Positions 1 through 8,023 of a stretch of 50,797 nt of DNA are shown one piece after another (position 1 is the first letter of the stretch; each line of letters opens with the position of its first letter). The notes under the pieces are model-generated. The model made no database searches. It was not told the origin of the DNA and was given only the letters and a program-made list of their open reading frames with translations. This DNA comes from an uncultured Candidatus Saccharibacteria bacterium. GTDB lineage: Bacteria; Patescibacteriota; Minisyncoccia; UBA6257; JAUSGH01. Location: contig CAYHUD010000005.1 in assembly GCA_964360025.1 (NCBI GenBank), positions 1 through 50,797 of the forward strand, in the 5' to 3' direction. A program made the position numbers and the translations under genes.

Positions 1-1
1 G

Positions 2-2002
2 CAGCCTAACTACGACGCCGTGCGTCTGGAGCCGAAGTATTTTCCGGCCAAGCTTCCCAACCTTCTTTTAAACGGCACCGTGGGTATCGCCGTCGGTATG
101 GCGACCAATATCCCGCCGCATAATTTGACGGAGGTGTCGGATGCCGCTTTGCATTTAATTGATAACCCGAAAGCTACTGCCGAGGATTTAACTGAGTTTA
201 TCAAGGGACCTGATTTTCCGACGGGCGGGGTTATTTTTGATAAAAAAGCGATTGTTAATGCCTACATTCAGGGCAAGGGTGCCATTACTATCCGCGCCAA
301 AGCGGAAATTAAAGAACGCAAGGGGGCGAAGGGCGAACAATACGATATTGTTATTACGGAAATCCCCTATCAGGTTAATAAAGCCGAATTGATTGTGAAG
401 ATCGCCGACCTAGTACAGGCAAAAAAGATTGAGGGTATTCGAGATCTTCGCGATGAGTCGGACAAAGAGGGCTTAACTATCGTTGTAGAGTTAAAAAACG
501 ACGTTCCGCCGCAGAAAATTTTAAACCAGCTTTATCAATATACTGATTTACAGAAAGATTTTCATATGAATATGTTGGCCTTGAAAAATGGGCTGGAACC
601 GCAAGTAATGTCAGTCAAAGATATTCTTGAGGCCTATATTGATCACCGGAAAATTATCGTCCGCCGCCGCGCTGAGTTTGACCTGAAACGCGCCGAAGAG
701 CGGGCGCATATTCTAACTGGGTTAGTAAAAGCGTTAGACAGCATTGATAAGATTATTACAACCATTCGTAAATCCTCCGATAAAGAAGACGCGCATAAAA
801 ATTTAGTTAAGAATTTCAAATTCACGGACATCCAGGCGACGGCTATTTTGGAAATGCGCTTGCAGACGCTCGCGGCTTTAGAAAAAGGAAAGCTGGAAGC
901 CGAACTTAAGGAGAAAAAAGCTTTGATAGAGGATTTACAGCTTCTTTTGAAGAGTCCGGCGAAGATTCTCGGTGTCATTAAAAAAGAACTGGGTGAGCTT
1001 AAAGAAAAATACGGCGATGAACGCCGCACGAAAGTCGTGGCCACGGGACTTAAGGAGTTCCACGAGGAAGATCTCGTGCCGCAGGAGGAGGTGATTATCA
1101 CTATTTCTCATGGCGGTTATATCAAGCGTTTGAAGCCCGAGACATTCAAGACCCAGCACAGAGGCGGCAAGGGACTGATCGGCTCGGATGTTGCCGAGGA
1201 AGATTTCTTGAAGCATTTCCTTTCCGCGGATACCCACGACAATATTCTTTTCTTCACCGATCGCGGACGCGTTTTCCAGACCAAAGTTTACGAAATACCG
1301 GAGGCTTCGCGCACATCCAAGGGTAAACTGGTGCATAATTTCCTGGAGGTTCCCACGGAAGAAAAGATCAGCGCGGTTATCGCCTATGGCAAAGATGACA
1401 AGGGTTATCTTGTGATGGTTACGAAACAGGGCGTCATCAAAAAGACCAAATTGGAAGATTTTGGCAATGTGCGTCGCACAGGCATCATCGCCATCGGGCT
1501 TAAGAAGGACGATCAGTTGAACTGGGCCGGTCTTTCATCGGGCGGGGACGATATCATTGTTACCACTGCGGGAGGGCAGGGTATTCGGTTTAAAGAATCG
1601 CAGATCCGCGCCATGGGCCGCACCGCCGCGGGCGTGCGTGCCATTCGTCTCAAGGGCGCGGATATTGTAAGTTCTATGGATTTGGTGAGCAAAGACAAAA
1701 AAGATGCTCGGCTTTTGACTGTGATGGCGAACGGTTACGGCAAGCAGACGAAAATATCCGAATATAGGACGCAGAACCGCGGCGGATCGGGTATCAAAGC
1801 CGCAAAAATTACTTCTAAGACCGGCCCCTTGATGTCCGCCTATCTTATTTCGGAAGAAACCGAGATCTTTGCTTTGTCGGAAAAGGGACAGATTATCCGC
1901 ACCGATTTGGCAAGCGTGCGTCTGGCAAGCCGCGCCACTCAAGGCGTGCGGATTATGAATTTGAACTCGGGAGATAAAGTTATTGGAATCATCTGTTTAT
2001 AA
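2..2002 (+). CDS. gyrA: DNA gyrase subunit A, 5' truncated by window edge
   Basis: PNLLLNGTVGIAVGMATNIPPHNL, GPDFPTGG, GyrA-box QHRGGKG and C-terminal pinwheel repeats (GRTAAGVRAI, QNRGGSG); frame is open from base 2. Confidence 0.97.
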   Translation, partial: QPNYDAVRLEPKYFPAKLPNLLLNGTVGIAVGMATNIPPHNLTEVSDAALHLIDNPKATAEDLTEFIKGPDFPTGGVIFDKKAIVNAYIQGKGAITIRAKAEIKERKGAKGEQYDIVITEIPYQVNKAELIVKIADLVQAKKIEGIRDLRDESDKEGLTIVVELKNDVPPQKILNQLYQYTDLQKDFHMNMLALKNGLEPQVMSVKDILEAYIDHRKIIVRRRAEFDLKRAEERAHILTGLVKALDSIDKIITTIRKSSDKEDAHKNLVKNFKFTDIQATAILEMRLQTLAALEKGKLEAELKEKKALIEDLQLLLKSPAKILGVIKKELGELKEKYGDERRTKVVATGLKEFHEEDLVPQEEVIITISHGGYIKRLKPETFKTQHRGGKGLIGSDVAEEDFLKHFLSADTHDNILFFTDRGRVFQTKVYEIPEASRTSKGKLVHNFLEVPTEEKISAVIAYGKDDKGYLVMVTKQGVIKKTKLEDFGNVRRTGIIAIGLKKDDQLNWAGLSSGGDDIIVTTAGGQGIRFKESQIRAMGRTAAGVRAIRLKGADIVSSMDLVSKDKKDARLLTVMANGYGKQTKISEYRTQNRGGSGIKAAKITSKTGPLMSAYLISEETEIFALSEKGQIIRTDLASVRLASRATQGVRIMNLNSGDKVIGIICL

Positions 2003-2006
2003 AAAA

Positions 2007-2049
2007 TACCCCCGCGCCATAACGAGCTTCTCGTTTGGTGCGGGGGGTG
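2007..2049. terminator. Hairpin between convergent genes, probable bidirectional terminator
   Basis: tacccccgcgcca...tggtgcggggggtg stem lying between the gyrA stop and the stop of 2056..3717. Confidence 0.6.
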
Positions 2050-2055
2050 TAGCTT

Positions 2056-3717
2056 CTATTTCACTCTTTTCAGAAGGACTTCTTCAGCATACTCTTTCAA
2101 CTTCTCATTTTTAGATCTTCTGATAATGACGATAAGGTCGGCGATTGTCAGTGACTGATGCTCAATCGCCGCTTTGAGGATTACCAGGGTTTCTTCGCTG
2201 ATATTGACCCGATCGGAATGAATCAGATCGGTAGTAATGAGGGTGCCCGTAAGCGAGCCTGTTCCCAAACATCGCAAGAATTCTTTCCACGCTAGCCGCT
2301 TAACTTGCGGTGATCGGGCTTCGTAAATGATACTTACGAGTTCTTCCGATTTCGTAAATTTCCCCGAATTCCACGCGGCCAGTACCACATTTTCCTGCAA
2401 CGCTTGGCAAGCGATTTCCAAATACATCGCCTGATTGAGTCCGGGTTTCTGAAGCTCCTCAAACACTCGCAGTGCCTTGTCCCAATCTAGCGTAGCGAGC
2501 CGGAACATAACAGGTATTCTGTTGCGTTCCAATATTCTCTCTAACATCAGCGCCCCGAGTTTTGTTGAGCCGGCTCGTATGACAAGCTCAACGAAGGCAT
2601 CAAGCTCGGCAATGGAAGGATCCTGGGCAAATACATTTGCCAATGCCTGAAGCGCTAGCTCCTCTGGAGCATAGTGCATTATCTGCAACGCTTCATAATT
2701 CCCTAAGTCGGCATCCGCAAGCCGCGCTTCGGCAATTTTCGTGGTGTATTCTTGGTTATGGATTCCCTGCAGAGCTTCGGTCGCTGTCATTCTCAAGCTC
2801 TCATTATTGCGGATCAAAGACATCATTTTCTCCTGGCAGGACGCGGGAAGTGCATTAAAGACAAACATTATCTCATCCGGGGAGAATTGATTCGGATATT
2901 CCGCAAGCTTACGCTCCATGAAGAAGTTGAAGGCCTGTTCCCGGTATGTCTCGGGCATTTCCGGATTCGTGATCAACGGTCTCAATTCAATATTCCAGTG
3001 CGATTTATTCACTATTTTAAACCACTCCAGCTTATCGCCAGCAAAGATACTCGGCGGCTCGTGAAACTTATGGTCCGCGTTGTTTCTCTTACAGATGAAT
3101 CTTTTAAACTCCCCATTGTTGGTAACCACGCCCAGATCTTGGGGAGTAAGATTCATCGGAGTTTTCCAGGTAAGATTTAGAAAGAAGAAAGGCAGAATTA
3201 TACTTGCAAAGACTAGATTTTTGATTGGCGCTTTTCTTTTATGAAGCTCTAAAACGGAGTAAGCCACTGTGTTGGCTAATATTACAAAAGCCAATGACAA
3301 GACGAGGTTCATCGCCAATCCGTAAAACATACTTTGGATAACAACTGTCGCCAATCCGCCCAGCCAGCTTGCTATGAAAATTCCTCGGGAATGCTCCTTG
3401 GCCCAGCTCCATGCCTTACCCGGCATGCTTGCCAGCGGCGCGAGACGCCACAGCATTTTTTGCCACGCGGTCGGACCCTCTTCCAGCGCCGCCAGACGGA
3501 TGTATTCACGATTTTCCACTTCCGCGGCCGGTTGTTTTTCATCCAGTTCGCGTTTTTGCGCTTCAGCTAGCTTCAAATGCATCACTTTCAATTCTTCATC
3601 GCGCGCGGCACCAGCCAGAAGCTGATTTCTTTCCCAGTCGGGTTTCTTCCGGTGTTCCGTGAAATCTTCCAGAGGAATTCCTTTTTTCGTTCGGCGAATC
3701 TCATCTCGTAGAGACAT
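2056..3717 (-). CDS. Hypothetical membrane protein (about 3 TM helices, helical C-terminal region)
   Basis: 553-aa ORF, hydrophobic segments near aa 110-185, GGAGG upstream of ATG; no family recognised. Confidence 0.75.
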   Translation of the reverse strand: MSLRDEIRRTKKGIPLEDFTEHRKKPDWERNQLLAGAARDEELKVMHLKLAEAQKRELDEKQPAAEVENREYIRLAALEEGPTAWQKMLWRLAPLASMPGKAWSWAKEHSRGIFIASWLGGLATVVIQSMFYGLAMNLVLSLAFVILANTVAYSVLELHKRKAPIKNLVFASIILPFFFLNLTWKTPMNLTPQDLGVVTNNGEFKRFICKRNNADHKFHEPPSIFAGDKLEWFKIVNKSHWNIELRPLITNPEMPETYREQAFNFFMERKLAEYPNQFSPDEIMFVFNALPASCQEKMMSLIRNNESLRMTATEALQGIHNQEYTTKIAEARLADADLGNYEALQIMHYAPEELALQALANVFAQDPSIAELDAFVELVIRAGSTKLGALMLERILERNRIPVMFRLATLDWDKALRVFEELQKPGLNQAMYLEIACQALQENVVLAAWNSGKFTKSEELVSIIYEARSPQVKRLAWKEFLRCLGTGSLTGTLITTDLIHSDRVNISEETLVILKAAIEHQSLTIADLIVIIRRSKNEKLKEYAEEVLLKRVK

Positions 3718-3833
3718 TGTCTATCCTCCGGCATAAAGAGATTGGCAAAGACCCGCAGATAGTTTACCAAAGACCGAGGAAAAATCAATCGTCTTGACTT
3801 CTGTTGGGACATTCTGCTATCATCTATAATTAC

Positions 3834-4073
3834 ATGAGCGATATATCTGCCGGTGGCAAAGCGCTTCATAAAACGTCTAAGATTGAGGGAAGAGTAGAGG
3901 AGGCTTTGCCGGGTACCACTTTCCGTGTCCGCCTTGACACAGGAGACGAGATTTTGGCACATCTTTCAGGCAAAATGCGCATGTATTATATCAAAATTTC
4001 TCCCGGTGACAGAGTCATCGTGGAGATGACCCCTTACGATAAAGACAGAGGAAGAATCATCAGAAGATTATAG
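3834..4073 (+). CDS. infA: Translation initiation factor IF-1
   Basis: [19 protein letters not shown]...AHLSGKMR...[13 protein letters not shown]...GRI; ATG at 3834 preferred over TTG at 3804. Confidence 0.96.
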   Translation: MSDISAGGKALHKTSKIEGRVEEALPGTTFRVRLDTGDEILAHLSGKMRMYYIKISPGDRVIVEMTPYDKDRGRIIRRL

Positions 4074-4087
4074 CTCTAAGGTTATGA

Positions 4088-4206
4088 ATCCCGTTAGAAA
4101 TAGCGGACGCAAATAACACAACGTATATATGTCGAAAACAATATTATCAAAAGTAAAAAATCTGGAACGCAGGACCTTGACGTCCGCGTCCTATTTCTAA
4201 CGGGAT
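4088..4206. mobile_element. MITE-like element with ATCCCGTTAGAAATAG terminal inverted repeats at the rpmJ start codon
   Basis: Perfect 16-bp IR at 4088-4103 / 4191-4206; ATGAA occurs on both sides (4084-4088, 4205-4209). Confidence 0.75.
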
Positions 4207-4318
4207 GAAAGTTCGCGCTTCAGTTAAAAAAATTTGCAGCAATTGTAAAATGGTCAGGCGCAAAATGCGTTTGTATGTGAGTTGCAAGAATATCAAGCAT
4301 AAACAAAGACAAGGCTAA
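4205..4318 (+). CDS. rpmJ: 50S ribosomal protein L36 (below the ORF-track cut-off)
   Basis: Hand translation [37 protein letters not shown]; canonical position between infA and rpsM. Confidence 0.97.
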   Translation: MKVRASVKKICSNCKMVRRKMRLYVSCKNIKHKQRQG

Positions 4319-4322
4319 AAAT

Positions 4323-4706
4323 ATGCGTATTGCCGGTATCAACATTCCAGACAATAAGAAAATTGAATACTCCCTTCCATATATATACGGAATCGGGCAT
4401 ACTTTGGCCGTGAAGGTTCTGGCGGCTACGAAAATTGATCCGACGAAGCGTGCGAAAGATTTAACACAGGACGAAATCAGTAAAATCAAGGAATATATTG
4501 AAAAACATCACAAGATTGAGGGCGAGTTACGCACCCAAGTCAAGCAAAACATCCAGCTTTTGAAGGATATTCAGGCGTATCGCGGTAACCGTCACGCCCG
4601 TCATTTGCCGGTTCGCGGCCAGAGGACGAAAACTAATTCCCGCACGGTGCGCGGCAACGTTAGAAAAACAGCCGGCAGCGGTAAGAGAAAAACAGATTTG
4701 AAATAA
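4323..4706 (+). CDS. rpsM: 30S ribosomal protein S13
   Basis: RIAGINIP...YIYGIG...YRGNRH...LPVRGQRTKTNSRT. Confidence 0.98.
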   Translation: MRIAGINIPDNKKIEYSLPYIYGIGHTLAVKVLAATKIDPTKRAKDLTQDEISKIKEYIEKHHKIEGELRTQVKQNIQLLKDIQAYRGNRHARHLPVRGQRTKTNSRTVRGNVRKTAGSGKRKTDLK

Positions 4707-4709
4707 AAC

Positions 4710-5165
4710 ATGGGAAAGAAAAAAGTTACGACACAAACAACTGAGGAGGCGATCAAGTCCAGCGAAGCGATTGATGCCAAGGCCGCTAAAGTGGGTGGCA
4801 AAGCGGAGGCCAATAAAAAGATTGAGAAGGGCCGTGTTTATATTCACGCCTCTTACAATAACACTCTTATCAGTGTTACCGACGATAAGGGCAATATGGT
4901 TGCTTGGGGTTCGGCGGGATCTCTGGGTTTTGCCGGTCCGAAGAAGGCGACTCCGTTTGCCGCTTCTAAAGTTATCGCGGCTCTAGCGGAGAAACTGCGC
5001 CGTTCTGGTCCGGTAAATGTTGAGGTTTTTGTAAGCGGCGTGGGCGGAGGCCGCGATAGCGCTATCCGGTCGCTTGGCAATCAGGGTTTTAATGTTTTAT
5101 CTATCAAAGATACGACTCCCATTCCTCATAACGGTCCGCGTCCTAAAAAAGTAAGGAGAGTATAA
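4710..5165 (+). CDS. rpsK: 30S ribosomal protein S11
   Basis: IHASYNNT, KKATPFAA, DTTPIPHNGPRPKKVRRV. Confidence 0.98.
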   Translation: MGKKKVTTQTTEEAIKSSEAIDAKAAKVGGKAEANKKIEKGRVYIHASYNNTLISVTDDKGNMVAWGSAGSLGFAGPKKATPFAASKVIAALAEKLRRSGPVNVEVFVSGVGGGRDSAIRSLGNQGFNVLSIKDTTPIPHNGPRPKKVRRV

Positions 5166-5168
5166 AAT

Positions 5169-5783
5169 ATGTTTAATACCAGAGAAAGAAAAGAAAGATC
5201 GTTGGGCACGGGGCTTTTTCTTAAAGCTCATCGTTGCAGTTCCGCAAAATGCGCGGTAGTAAGAAATCCGTATGGCCCCGGAGCTCACGGTAAATCGCGC
5301 CGTCGCGCCCCCTCTGAGATGGGTCAACAGCTCGCAGAAAAGCAGAAGTTTAAGATTGCCTACGGCATTCGCGAGTCCGCCATGGAAAAGATTTTCAATA
5401 AAGCGTCTAAAAATCCGGGCATCACCGGAGGAATCATCGCGGAACTTCTGGAGCGCCGTCTGGATAACGTTGTGTATCGTTTGGGTTTCGCTCCATCCCG
5501 TTCCGTCGGCCGTCAGCTCGTTTCACACGGCCACATCATAGTCGGTAGACACAAAGTTACCATCCCTTCTTATTCTGTGCGTCCCGGCGAAGTGATTACT
5601 ATTCGCAAAGAGTCCAAAGAACATCCCGTTCTTCGCGATATTCCCGAGCGTTTGAAAAGCTATGAACCGCCGATTTGGCTTTCCGTGGATAAAGAAAAGC
5701 TGGAGGGCAAGGTGGTATCGTTGCCGAAAAATTTGGACATTCCGTTTGATGTCAACATGGTCGTAGATTATTATTCAAAATAA
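5169..5783 (+). CDS. rpsD: 30S ribosomal protein S4
   Basis: PGAHG, QLAEKQK, LERRLDNVVYRLGFA, RQLVSHGHI, VVDYYSK. Confidence 0.98.
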   Translation: MFNTRERKERSLGTGLFLKAHRCSSAKCAVVRNPYGPGAHGKSRRRAPSEMGQQLAEKQKFKIAYGIRESAMEKIFNKASKNPGITGGIIAELLERRLDNVVYRLGFAPSRSVGRQLVSHGHIIVGRHKVTIPSYSVRPGEVITIRKESKEHPVLRDIPERLKSYEPPIWLSVDKEKLEGKVVSLPKNLDIPFDVNMVVDYYSK

Positions 5784-5791
5784 AAACCAAC

Positions 5792-6550
5792 ATGCAATTT
5801 GCATATTTGAGCGAGTCGGTAAAAATTAAAACAGTCAGCGAGGAGGGGAATAAAGGTGTTTTTGAAATAGAGGGCCTTTATACTGGTTACGGACTTACGG
5901 TGGGTAACGCCCTGCGCCGCGTGCTTCTGTCGTCCATTCCGGGCGCCGCGATTACGCAGGTGAAAATCAAAGGAGTAGGCCATGAATTTACGACTATTCC
6001 TCATATTATTGAAGATGTTGTGGAAATCAGTTTGAATTTAAAAAAGATTCGTTTTCGCGTACATAATGATGAGCCGCAGATTTTGACTATCAAAGTAAAA
6101 GGAGAGGGCGTGGTTACCGCCGATGATATTGAAACCAATGCGGATGTGGAAGTTATCACCCCCGATGTCCATATTGCCACCATCTCCGCTAAAGGCGGCG
6201 AGTTTGAGGCGGAACTTACGGTGGAGCGCGGACTGGGTTATGTTCCCGTAGAGGCGCGCAAGATGGAAAAGCTCGCTATCGGAGTTATCGCTCTGGATGC
6301 TATTTTTACTCCTGTCACAAAAGTCAGTTTTTCCGTGGAGAACATGCGTGTCGGCGAGAGAACGGATTATAACCTTTTGCGTTTGGCGGTTGAAACCGAC
6401 GGATCGTTGACGCCGTCCGCCGCTTTGCGCAAGTCCTCCAATATTTTGCAGGATCATTTTGCGAAAATTTCCGCGGTGGAAGTCAAGGAATCCGAGCCGA
6501 TGGCTGAAGAAAAGAAAAAGAAAACCAAGAAGGCGAAAAGCGAAAAGTAA
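5792..6550 (+). CDS. rpoA: RNA polymerase alpha subunit (NTD only, no alpha-CTD)
   Basis: GYGLTVGNALRRVLLSSIPGAAIT, HEFTTIP, DAIFTPV, RVGERTDY; ends at 252 aa in a Lys-rich tail. Confidence 0.96.
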   Translation: MQFAYLSESVKIKTVSEEGNKGVFEIEGLYTGYGLTVGNALRRVLLSSIPGAAITQVKIKGVGHEFTTIPHIIEDVVEISLNLKKIRFRVHNDEPQILTIKVKGEGVVTADDIETNADVEVITPDVHIATISAKGGEFEAELTVERGLGYVPVEARKMEKLAIGVIALDAIFTPVTKVSFSVENMRVGERTDYNLLRLAVETDGSLTPSAALRKSSNILQDHFAKISAVEVKESEPMAEEKKKKTKKAKSEK

Positions 6551-6573
6551 TAAAACAGCAAGTACTATAAAGC

Positions 6574-6918
6574 ATGTTTTCAATCAAAAGAAAATTTCAT
6601 CTGAAGGCGGGCAAGAGGCGTAGTTTTGTGCGTATCTTGGCGAGTAATTTGGTTATGAAAGAACGCATTACGACAACCGATGCTCGCGCCCGGGAAATCC
6701 GTCCCATTGTGGAGAAGCTGGTTACTCTGGCAAAGGGTCAGAAGCTTGCCGATTTGCGTATTCTTTTGAGCCGGCTTCCGGAGCGCGCCGCGAACAAGCT
6801 TTACTATGAGCTTGGTCCCAAATATGCGGCTAGGAAGGGCGGATATTTGAGAATAGTTAAGGGGGGCGGGTTTAGGCGGCGTGATGGATCAAGAACCGCT
6901 ATTGTAGAATTTGTATAA
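6574..6918 (+). CDS. rplQ: 50S ribosomal protein L17
   Basis: ERITTTDARAREIRPIVEKLVTLAK, RKGGYLRI, RRRDG. Confidence 0.96.
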   Translation: MFSIKRKFHLKAGKRRSFVRILASNLVMKERITTTDARAREIRPIVEKLVTLAKGQKLADLRILLSRLPERAANKLYYELGPKYAARKGGYLRIVKGGGFRRRDGSRTAIVEFV

Positions 6919-6922
6919 ACAT

Positions 6923-7264
6923 ATGGATTATATTATTGACGCTAAAAATCAGAGATTGGGAAGAGTGGCGACAGAGATCGCGGCTATTTTACAGGGCAAG
7001 AAAACGCCCCGTTATTCCCCGCATCTTCGCGGCGAAGACAGAGTTATTGTTAAAAATGTCTCCGGTATCGCCGTAACCGCCGGCAAAGAAACCAAAAAGA
7101 TTTATTATCGCCACACCGGTTATATGGGTCATTTGAGGGAGTCAACCTATGCCCAGTCTTTTGCCAAATCGCCGGAGAAAGTTTTGCGCCATGCCGTAGA
7201 GCACATGTTGCCGAAAAATTTCCTGCGTGATAAAAGAATGAAGATGCTTAAAGTTGAAAAATAA
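6923..7264 (+). CDS. rplM: 50S ribosomal protein L13
   Basis: IDAKNQRLGRVATEIA...GKKTPRYSPH, YYRHTGYMG, MLPKN; ATG at 6923. Confidence 0.96.
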   Translation: MDYIIDAKNQRLGRVATEIAAILQGKKTPRYSPHLRGEDRVIVKNVSGIAVTAGKETKKIYYRHTGYMGHLRESTYAQSFAKSPEKVLRHAVEHMLPKNFLRDKRMKMLKVEK

Positions 7265-7269
7265 TAATT

Positions 7270-7704
7270 ATGGCACCAAAAGCTAAAAAAACCGCTGAAA
7301 AAACAGAAGCGGTCAAAGTAAAATATTTTGAGGGACGCGGCGGTCGCAAGTCGGCTGTGGCGAGGGTGCGTGTTTACGCACAGAAGGGCGATATTACGGT
7401 CAACGACAGGAAGCTGGATGTCTATTTCCCCAGTCCTAAGCACAGAGCATTAGCTGTGTCTCCTTTGGGCAAGATGAATCTTTCAGAAACGGTTTTTTTC
7501 ACGGCGAAAGTTTATGGCGGTGGCACGAGCTCCCAGGCGGAAGCTGTGCGCCACGGATTGTCTCAGGCGCTATTGAAGTTTGATGAAACATTAAGAGTAC
7601 AGTTAAGAAAAGCCGGTTTCCTTACTCGCGATTCCCGCGAAGTGGAACGCAAAAAGCCGGGTCTGAAGAAGGCCAGGAGAGCGCCTCAGTGGGCGAAACG
7701 CTAG
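7270..7704 (+). CDS. rpsI: 30S ribosomal protein S9
   Basis: GGRKSAVARV, GGGTSSQAEAVRHG, LTRDSREVERKKPGLKKARRAPQWAKR. Confidence 0.98.
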   Translation: MAPKAKKTAEKTEAVKVKYFEGRGGRKSAVARVRVYAQKGDITVNDRKLDVYFPSPKHRALAVSPLGKMNLSETVFFTAKVYGGGTSSQAEAVRHGLSQALLKFDETLRVQLRKAGFLTRDSREVERKKPGLKKARRAPQWAKR

Positions 7705-7735
7705 TTTCGCACAGTAAGGCGAGGGGGTGGGTCAG

Positions 7736-7760
7736 AGGGGGCGGCATTACCGCCCCCTTT
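7736..7760 (+). terminator. Probable intrinsic terminator after rpsI
   Basis: agggggcgg-catta-ccgccccct followed by Ts. Confidence 0.6.
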
Positions 7761-7822
7761 GTGTAGGAAAATATTAAAAACCGAGGGTTTTTAAGGAGCG
7801 AAGCGACGCCTCATTGGGCGAA

Positions 7823-7866
7823 GCGTTAAAAAATAAAACCACGGAAGGGGTTTTATTTTTTAACGC
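7823..7866. repeat. Perfect 18-bp inverted repeat
   Basis: gcgttaaaaaataaaacc / ggttttattttttaacgc with an 8-nt loop. Confidence 0.85.
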
Positions 7867-7879
7867 AGAATACAAGTCT

Positions 7880-8004
7880 TGACTCCGGCAGTGCTTTTGT
7901 AGAGACTAAAAGCGAAGCGCAGCCCTCGTTATACGTCGGAGACCTGCCTGCCGGTAGGCAGGCGCGAGGGCGAAACGGTCTCTACAAAAGCACTGCCGGA
8001 GTCA
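7880..8004. repeat. Palindromic element copy 1: conserved ~70-bp core with perfect 27-bp inverted arms
   Basis: Arms 7880-7906 / 7978-8004; core 7907-7977 closely matches 42933-43002 and contains cctgcctgccggtaggcagg. Confidence 0.85.
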
Positions 8005-8023
8005 TGGTTAATTTAATAATTTC

